In this document: positions 58,029 to 64,000 of the stretch, in pieces
Numbering within the stretch: the first letter of the stretch is position 1
How the letters are laid out: every line of letters starts with the position of its first letter
From: a virus
Reading direction: 5' to 3' (one strand)
IMG/VR virus record: IMGVR_UViG_3300020424_000652
Length of the DNA stretch: 64,000 nt
Position numbers and translations under genes: made by a program
The notes under the pieces: model-generated
The model's database searches: none
Told to the model about the DNA's origin: nothing
What the model saw: only the letters and a program-made list of their open reading frames with translations

Positions 58029-59193
58029 TTTTGCTCCTGGTATTAAAATTTCCGCTTATAGAATATCTATCTTTTCCACTCACGTTTTTGCCTGTATAGT
58101 GGCTAATCCTTGAATCAAAAATCAAAAGCATACCTTCTTTTGGTTCAACTACTTTTTCAAATCTTGGCATATCATTTACAAATACTGTGAAATGTAAACT
58201 GCCTTGTCCTTCACACACTTCAGGATAATAAACAAATGAATACTTACTACTTGTATGACTGTGAAAGGCAGTACTACCATGCGGTTCAGTTTTGTGTGTC
58301 CATATACCAGATAGTTCTATGTCTTTATCTCCTGTGTATTCTTGTACTGCTTGTTCAACTTGTTTCATAAAGTTTATGCAACAAGGATTGTTAGGAAATT
58401 TAAAATCTTCATAATGTGTATCTTCTGGATTAGGATCTATTCTTTCATTGTCATAACTGCTTATACATTCTAACATTTCTTTATTGTTAACATTAGGAAG
58501 TGTTGTTTCAAAAACATCTATGCTGACAATGGTATGTATTTTTTCTTTAATAGGGTTAGGAGCCACGTAGTCCTTTTTCCAAGGATACGTCATTTCGTCG
58601 CCCATAATGATTGGATTATTAATTTGTTTATTATTTTTAACAAACTTGAATGTTGGAGTAAATCTGTGCTTGTCTCTAAATGGTGTTGCAGTATGTAACA
58701 GATTGCTTTTCCATGCTAACATTCTTCCTGGGATAGGAGGAACACTTATGATATCAGGATATTTTGTTCCTTGATAATCTGTTTTTTGATTTTGTAAATT
58801 TGTAATAAATTTAGTTTCACCACCTTCATTAATATCCCAGTTGTTGTTTGCATAAAACATAAATGTCCATGCTTCTTCATTTTCATCATCTACGTGATAA
58901 AAAGCTGATTCACGTGGTGCAAATATATTTGCGTGTGATCTTTTTAAAACCATGCCATGCAATTCTGGTACGTATGTTTCTATAAAGTTCCATAGAGCAT
59001 GAAAAGTTTTTGTGCCTTGATAATCACCAGTACTCATTCCTGTCGGAGGCAAATCACTATCATCTACTTCACCATACAGATATGGAAAGTTTTGTACATC
59101 CATTACCAACTCATTTAGTTGAGGCGGCGAAAAGACGTCATCAAATATTAATAGCTTACCATCTAACTTTTGTGTAATTACTGGTTCGTTCAT
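58018..59193 (-). CDS. Tandem two-domain 2OG-Fe(II) oxygenase
   Basis: Domain 1 HVD..GGET..H..R; domain 2 HSH..SFVYY..H..RYSISGN. Confidence 0.8.
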   Translation of the reverse strand: MNEPVITQKLDGKLLIFDDVFSPPQLNELVMDVQNFPYLYGEVDDSDLPPTGMSTGDYQGTKTFHALWNFIETYVPELHGMVLKRSHANIFAPRESAFYHVDDENEEAWTFMFYANNNWDINEGGETKFITNLQNQKTDYQGTKYPDIISVPPIPGRMLAWKSNLLHTATPFRDKHRFTPTFKFVKNNKQINNPIIMGDEMTYPWKKDYVAPNPIKEKIHTIVSIDVFETTLPNVNNKEMLECISSYDNERIDPNPEDTHYEDFKFPNNPCCINFMKQVEQAVQEYTGDKDIELSGIWTHKTEPHGSTAFHSHTSSKYSFVYYPEVCEGQGSLHFTVFVNDMPRFEKVVEPKEGMLLIFDSRISHYTGKNVSGKDRYSISGNFNTRSKNEN

Positions 59194-59675
59194 TAAAAAT
59201 CAATCTCTCTTCCTTTAACTTCCCAAGTGCCATACCTTGTTGGCTCAGGACGTACTTCTTTCTTATTTAAGTATTCTTCATGTTGGATCCATTTACCATC
59301 TACTTTGAATCCCCAATCTTTTCTTTTCTTAGCCATATAAAATAAACTCCAACAAGGAATATTTTTTCCATCTTTATCTTTTGCTAGTTCTAACCAATGC
59401 AGATCTTCTGCTTTTCTAAAACGCAACGATCCTGGGCCTCTCCAAAACTTACCTTGTGGTGTATGTTCCCAATACCCACCTTTTAAAATTAAAGCACCCC
59501 AATCCCATGGATGATCATGAAGTTGAGGTTCATCGCTTTCTAATACTTTGTGTAACGTGATATTGAAAGGAAAGTTCTTTCTGTCCTTTAGGAACACATA
59601 GTATCTAACCAAATAAGGAATAGTACCTCCTCTATCAAATATAATACGTTTCCTATCCTTAAAAAGGAATCTCAT
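59193..59675 (-). CDS. Cupin-like hypothetical protein
   Basis: LHDHPW..ILKGGYWE..LHWLE; start uncertain. Confidence 0.6.
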   Translation of the reverse strand: MRFLFKDRKRIIFDRGGTIPYLVRYYVFLKDRKNFPFNITLHKVLESDEPQLHDHPWDWGALILKGGYWEHTPQGKFWRGPGSLRFRKAEDLHWLELAKDKDGKNIPCWSLFYMAKKRKDWGFKVDGKWIQHEEYLNKKEVRPEPTRYGTWEVKGREIDF

Positions 59676-60030
59676 CGTCATCTCCATTTGCATAATCATC
59701 TTTCACTAAATCATACACTTCTTTAAATTTTAGATATGCAATTTTAAGTGCAGGATATTTCTTAATCATTTCCTCAATTCTATATTCACTAGGCCAATTT
59801 TGTACACCATGTTCGCCAAATGTAAATTCTCCATCTCCTAAAGAAGAAGTATATGTAGGTGCAAATGATGTTTGACCTCCACCCATGTCTAATGTATCTG
59901 TAAGATCTGAACTTGTTAGTGTGTATGCAGGATCTGATATGGTACTGGCTCCGCCAGTTGAATAAGTTACTGTGTAAGGTTTATCATCTCCTAATTGTAC
60001 TTTTACAATTTTTTCATCTTCATCGTTCAC
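59659..60030 (-). CDS. Hypothetical protein
   Basis: 123 aa ending in acidic DDDEIPF. Confidence 0.65.
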   Translation of the reverse strand: MNDEDEKIVKVQLGDDKPYTVTYSTGGASTISDPAYTLTSSDLTDTLDMGGGQTSFAPTYTSSLGDGEFTFGEHGVQNWPSEYRIEEMIKKYPALKIAYLKFKEVYDLVKDDYANGDDDEIPF

Positions 60031-61093
60031 TGCTTATTGCTCCATAAAGTTTGTTACCACTGAAGAATTCAGCTTGTAATTTTTTAACCTGTTGTCTTAC
60101 AATAGGCAAATATTCATCATAGTGTTCCATGTAAGTTTTAATTCTTTCAATCAGTTCAGCTTTATGTTTTGCATAACCATCAGCATCTATTGTCCAATCA
60201 CTTGGGTATTTGAATTGATCAAGTGCCATCTCACTGTAACTTAACCTATCTGGAACCATAGGAATACAATCAACCAATGCACCTTCATACCAACTTATGC
60301 CAAGTGTCTCTTGTAGGTTTGCACTAAACACCATCTTTGCTCTGCCAAGCAAGTTGTGATATTCATTCTTTGTAAGTGTCTTGTCTGCACAAACAATTAG
60401 TTCATAATCAGGCAAGTCATGTTGTAAATCTCTAAATAAGTCTGGTTGTTTCTCTGGAGCAATCCTGTGTGGAAATAAAATTATGTTTTCCTTTGGCATA
60501 CCTTTGTAACTATCTAAACTGTTCTTTAAATACTCCATAGGCCAACCAACTCTTTGTACCTTGTTTTTCTCAGTAGTAAGTCCAACGTAGTTGCCATACT
60601 CTTTAAAGGATTCAATAAACATATCAATATGGAAACTACTTGCAAAGAAGTTGTGATCATAACAATCAAACATTGACCTTTCAGCATTTCTTACCCAAGG
60701 CTTATCACCTATTAGTCTACCTAAAAAGTCCGCAGGATCATATGAACCGGCGTGCCACAATCCACCCACTTTAATTTTAACTCCGAGCAGTTCAGCCATA
60801 TATTTAAGCTGGATAACAGTAGGATTCCAAGCATCAGTATAAAGGAAGTAATCGCCATCTTTAACTTGTCCATTACAAAACATTTCTCCTATTTGCTCTA
60901 ACTGTTTGCTCTTGTAAACATTAGTACCACCAAAGTTTAAAAAAGCACCAGGAGTGGTTGCTTGTGGAGTATCACCTCCGCTTATTACTGTTACTTCTTG
61001 GTTAGTTGCACGTCTTAACTGTTTAGGAAGATATTCCTTCCATTGTTTTGTATAACGTGTTTCTACTGCTTCAATGTCTACTATGTATATCAA
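60020..61093 (-). CDS. Glycosyltransferase (GT-B/GT4-like)
   Basis: FPHRIAPEKQP, FSANLQETLGISWYEG (E-x7-E), PMVPDRLSYSEM. Confidence 0.8.
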   Translation of the reverse strand: MIYIVDIEAVETRYTKQWKEYLPKQLRRATNQEVTVISGGDTPQATTPGAFLNFGGTNVYKSKQLEQIGEMFCNGQVKDGDYFLYTDAWNPTVIQLKYMAELLGVKIKVGGLWHAGSYDPADFLGRLIGDKPWVRNAERSMFDCYDHNFFASSFHIDMFIESFKEYGNYVGLTTEKNKVQRVGWPMEYLKNSLDSYKGMPKENIILFPHRIAPEKQPDLFRDLQHDLPDYELIVCADKTLTKNEYHNLLGRAKMVFSANLQETLGISWYEGALVDCIPMVPDRLSYSEMALDQFKYPSDWTIDADGYAKHKAELIERIKTYMEHYDEYLPIVRQQVKKLQAEFFSGNKLYGAISSER

Positions 61094-61359
61094 TTTAGTT
61101 TCCTTTTTTTGAATCTTGCAATTCTACGCCTTTTCTTTTCAGCTCTTGCGGCTTGTGGATCCAAGAAGGCCGAATATGCACGACTCTTGTTATCATACAG
61201 ATCTTTCTCATTAAATCTGTAACCTTCAAACCTACAAAAGTTTTTAAACTTTTCCAGGTCGTCAAAAATCTTTACAACGTCAGGGTTTTTAGCAAAATAA
61301 GACACGTCAAGTTCTCCTCTTCTATTTGCTGTATACGATATGTGCACCATTTTCTCCAT
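61090..61359 (-). CDS. Hypothetical protein
   Basis: Basic C-terminus; start uncertain (overlaps the queD-like gene). Confidence 0.55.
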   Translation of the reverse strand: MEKMVHISYTANRRGELDVSYFAKNPDVVKIFDDLEKFKNFCRFEGYRFNEKDLYDNKSRAYSAFLDPQAARAEKKRRRIARFKKRKLN

Positions 61360-61702
61360 CTTCAGAAACGTCTATGTGGACTTCTCTGCCTGGATACTTT
61401 TCATTAATTTGTGTATAAAGATCATCACTGATCATTTCACAAGATTTGTAATCTAATTCTAAAGTTTTTTCTTGATAAAGTTTTTCTAACCATCTCTTGA
61501 ATTGTATAAATTCAATATCTCTGTCATCATGGAAAACTTCAATTGCTACTTTGAAATGAAATATGTGTCTGTGTGGATAACCTAAAAAGGATACATCATA
61601 TTCATCACCTGTTGCTAGTTTAGGATCTTCTAGTGCCGCAGGATACTTATGTATTCCTTCTTTTCTAAAAGTAACCCAAATCATTCTTTTTGCATCTTTC
61701 AT
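61322..61702 (-). CDS. queD: QueD-like 6-carboxytetrahydropterin synthase (T-fold)
   Basis: H..HRHIFHF Zn-binding His, DRDIEF, SCEM, VSEDGENGA; start reassigned to ATG 61702 (GGAGAGG RBS, downstream of a promoter). Confidence 0.7.
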   Translation of the reverse strand: MKDAKRMIWVTFRKEGIHKYPAALEDPKLATGDEYDVSFLGYPHRHIFHFKVAIEVFHDDRDIEFIQFKRWLEKLYQEKTLELDYKSCEMISDDLYTQINEKYPGREVHIDVSEDGENGAHIVYSK

Positions 61703-61787
61703 TCTATGTGCCTCTCCTATTTCTTTGTATTTTTGCCTTATCATTTCCCTATAAGGAATATGTTCTTCTTTATTACTACTATCATCT

Positions 61788-61816
61788 ATTATAGCATTAC
61801 TGTCCCACATTGTCAA
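61788..61816 (-). promoter_or_regulatory. Consensus sigma70 promoter for the queD-like/GT operon
   Basis: TTGACA-17 nt-TATAAT with extended -10 TG, at the end of the 62336 ORF. Confidence 0.8.
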
Positions 61817-62336
61817 CCTCTTCCAATGGTTCATCTTTTGAATATTCTTTCCAATCTGTGAAATTGGCGTCTAGCTTTAAATCTTTTACATTGTGTATCC
61901 AAACACCTTTGTTAGAAAATTTAAAATCATTGTCATCAATCTTTACACAGGCATTTTCATTTAAGTTATCAATCTTAGGCATCTTTACACTTATCTGTGA
62001 AATAAAGTTTTCAAATCTGTTGTAATCAAAATTAACTATGTGTTCGTGATACTTAACATCATAATCTAGTGTCACCAACCAACCTTCTTCAAGTAATGGC
62101 ATAAGCATATCATCCCAGTCTTCCTTTTGATCATCATTTGTAGGATTGAAACTTTGATTTGCACCTAAGTAAATGTGTTTACAATCATTTTCTCTTGCTT
62201 TGTCCATAACATCAATTGAAAACTTTATGCCCACTACAAACAAAGTTTTCATGCCGTATGCAGGAGTCTTTTCAACTTCTACACCAGTAAAGAACTCTAC
62301 GTTGTCTTTTATACCATTTTCATATTCACGTTTCAC
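61797..62336 (-). CDS. Hypothetical protein in the deazaguanine locus
   Basis: 179 aa, 'GVEVEKTPAYGMKTLFVVG..HIYLGANQSF..KIDD..F..SN.GVW.H'; GGGAG RBS with GTG start. Confidence 0.7.
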   Translation of the reverse strand: MKREYENGIKDNVEFFTGVEVEKTPAYGMKTLFVVGIKFSIDVMDKARENDCKHIYLGANQSFNPTNDDQKEDWDDMLMPLLEEGWLVTLDYDVKYHEHIVNFDYNRFENFISQISVKMPKIDNLNENACVKIDDNDFKFSNKGVWIHNVKDLKLDANFTDWKEYSKDEPLEEVDNVGQ

Positions 62337-62926
62337 ATGAAGCTCCCATCATTTATATCTCCATTGAATGCAATACTAATTCTATCTCTGTTGCTCATGT
62401 TTACTCCTGCATTGTGCAACAAGTAACTTGGAAAACATACTAGCTTTCCTGTTTCTGGTTTGATTCTAAATCTTGTGCTATTCCATTCATTAGGACTTTT
62501 AATATATCTATACGGAACTGCTTGATCATACAACTGATGTGGACTGAACAAAGTTAAGTTGCCACACTTCTCACTTGCCTGTGCATAATAAACACAACTT
62601 AGAACATTTCTATCGTGCATATGGACCATGTTAATATTAGTTGTTGCACCTGCTGGATAATTTATATTCACCCATTCATTCTTTATTTGAATAGGACAGT
62701 TAATAGTGTAGTACTCTTCCTGTACCTTTTTAAACATATTACTGACTGCATCTTTAAGTTCTTTAAAATCAGGATCGTCAATCAGCCAATCACTTTGCCA
62801 ACCACCATCTTGTTCACCCCAAGTTTGTGCTTTCTTCATTCTATAACAAGCATCAACAATAGACTTGTTATCTAAATGTAGATAGTCTTCTAGTAAAAGA
62901 GTTGAAAAGAGTGCGGTATGTTGCAT
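62333..62926 (-). CDS. Putative 2OG-Fe(II) oxygenase (TIGR02466-like)
   Basis: GGWQS, WVNIN, HMH..LSCVYY, FPSYLLH, RISIAFN. Confidence 0.8.
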   Translation of the reverse strand: MQHTALFSTLLLEDYLHLDNKSIVDACYRMKKAQTWGEQDGGWQSDWLIDDPDFKELKDAVSNMFKKVQEEYYTINCPIQIKNEWVNINYPAGATTNINMVHMHDRNVLSCVYYAQASEKCGNLTLFSPHQLYDQAVPYRYIKSPNEWNSTRFRIKPETGKLVCFPSYLLHNAGVNMSNRDRISIAFNGDINDGSFM

Positions 62927-63099
62927 TAGTGTCCTGCCAGTTTATCCTTGAGTGCTAACTTAATTTTTTTGTGTCTTTGTAGTAGTTCCTTGGTTTCCCA
63001 AGTTCTATCCTTTTTTCTGTCTTTTGTGATCTCTATAACTTTCTTGTCATAGTATCTGTGTTCGTGTTCTAATTTTTTTTCTGCTTTACTTTTGTTCAT
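62926..63099 (-). CDS. 57-aa helical protein (DUF465/YdcH-like; not in track)
   Basis: MNKSKAEKKLEHEHRYYDKKV...HKKIKLALKDKL; GGAGGAG upstream; TAATG-coupled. Confidence 0.6.
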   Translation of the reverse strand: MNKSKAEKKLEHEHRYYDKKVIEITKDRKKDRTWETKELLQRHKKIKLALKDKLAGH

Positions 63100-64000
63100 T
63101 TTCTAACTCCTCCAACTTACTTTCTTGTAAGTCTTCTGTGTCTGTTTCAGCAACCGGCACACTATCAGCATCATCAAACAAAGCATTAAATTGTGTTTGG
63201 GCATTAATAGTTTTTTTACCTGTTGCTCCTCTAGTGCCTATGATAGACATCCAGAATCTTGAATATTCCTCAATGATTGCTTCTGCTTTACCTCTATCGC
63301 TTGTACTAAAGATAGCATCAATAACATCACGGAAATAAAGTCTGTCAAATTTTTCTTGTACCAACATAGAAGGATATATACCATTGTCATAGCATCTGTT
63401 AGCTTCTTGTACTGCATTGATATGATGCCATACGTTGTGTGCCATCTGTATTGCATAACTGAAACTATCCCAGCTTGTTTTTCCTTCCTTGCCAATCTTG
63501 TTTAAATCACCTGGAGCATAAATGCAAATATCTTTTACAAGTATATCCTTTGTTACAGGACTGTCTTGGAAGTTTTTAAATATTCCATCTTGCAGTACAC
63601 CATCTTTAAATAATCTTGTATCACTTGCATACTTTTTATCATCTATGCTAGGAACCATTCTATATACCCACTTTGTTCTATCAAGTGTTTCTGTTTGTAT
63701 ATACAGTTGTCCATTAGCAGTTGCTAAGAAAGGACTTGCACAATCAAATGTAATTGTAAAGTTTTCGTTGTGATACTTTCTAATTGCTCTTTGTAAGTCT
63801 GTTAATAATACTGCCCATTCTAATTTACTAGTGCCTAAGAAGTGCATAAAGTCATGCAATCCTTTTTCCAGCAAACCATCAAAACGTAATGCAACAATTC
63901 TTTTAAGCACCAAGTGTATATCACACATATTCTGGCCACCCATTGACCAACCATTAAAGTGATCTGTGTATTTCTTAGGATCACAATAGTCTTTCATCTG
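63086..64000 (-). CDS. TGT/DpdA-family 7-deazaguanine transglycosylase-like protein; 5'-truncated
   Basis: GWSMGG, MHFLGTS, TFDCASP, AHN motifs of the TGT barrel; context with folE/queD/queE. Confidence 0.7.
   Translation of the reverse strand, partial: QMKDYCDPKKYTDHFNGWSMGGQNMCDIHLVLKRIVALRFDGLLEKGLHDFMHFLGTSKLEWAVLLTDLQRAIRKYHNENFTITFDCASPFLATANGQLYIQTETLDRTKWVYRMVPSIDDKKYASDTRLFKDGVLQDGIFKNFQDSPVTKDILVKDICIYAPGDLNKIGKEGKTSWDSFSYAIQMAHNVWHHINAVQEANRCYDNGIYPSMLVQEKFDRLYFRDVIDAIFSTSDRGKAEAIIEEYSRFWMSIIGTRGATGKKTINAQTQFNALFDDADSVPVAETDTEDLQESKLEELENEQK

Noticed and set aside
59659-60030. SSB call based on the DDDEIPF tail
   Set aside because: No OB-fold-like sequence is recognisable; the tail alone is insufficient, though it could mimic an SSB C-terminus
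61703-61834. N-terminal extension of the QueD-like ORF given in the track
   Set aside because: A perfect sigma70 promoter lies within it, and a strong RBS precedes ATG 61702, giving a normal QueD-sized protein
1-64000. CRISPR array, tRNA/rRNA genes, integrase/transposase, introns or inteins
   Set aside because: Intergenic gaps are nearly all under about 130 nt with no repeat-spacer or cloverleaf pattern; no such protein motifs were seen (visual inspection only)
1-64000. Stop-codon reassignment as in some jumbo phages
   Set aside because: Long genes are intact under the standard code, and TAA, TAG and TGA all terminate tightly coupled genes

Overview
AT-rich, densely coding segment of a large, uncultivated-type T4-like (myovirus) dsDNA bacteriophage using the standard bacterial code; a marine alphaproteobacterial host is only an inference. 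Three blocks. (1) 1-15.5 kb (+): virion structural genes, namely a >2850-aa baseplate/adhesin-like protein truncated at the window start, three paralogous tail-fibre-like genes and two further structural genes. (2) 15.5-42.5 kb (mostly +): a ~27-kb modification island with nine radical-SAM Fe-S enzymes carrying SPASM/twitch-like auxiliary domains, about six glycosyltransferase-like genes, three SGNH-fold proteins, a UDP-glucose dehydrogenase, a nucleotidyltransferase, a HAD phosphatase, two SDRs, a methyltransferase, a GNAT-like protein, a mini-kinase, an Asp/Asn beta-hydroxylase and several unannotated microproteins. It is fronted by T4-late-like TAAATA motifs. (3) 42.5-64 kb (-): an orphan tail fibre, a MoxR-type AAA+/VWA-metallopeptidase pair, a T4-type RNase H and a dispersed 7-deazaguanine DNA-modification locus (TGT/DpdA-like, queD-like, folE, queE; no queC in the window). 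That locus is interleaved with a GT-B glycosyltransferase, 2OG-Fe(II) oxygenases, a PRTase, a HIT hydrolase and an MBD4-like glycosylase, and has near-consensus sigma70 promoters. No tRNA, rRNA, CRISPR array or mobile element was seen. The best candidates for new biology are the radical-SAM/glycan island (possible virion glycan tailoring) and a possibly glycosylated or oxidised 7-deazaguanine base. All functional calls come from motif reading by eye, not database searches.
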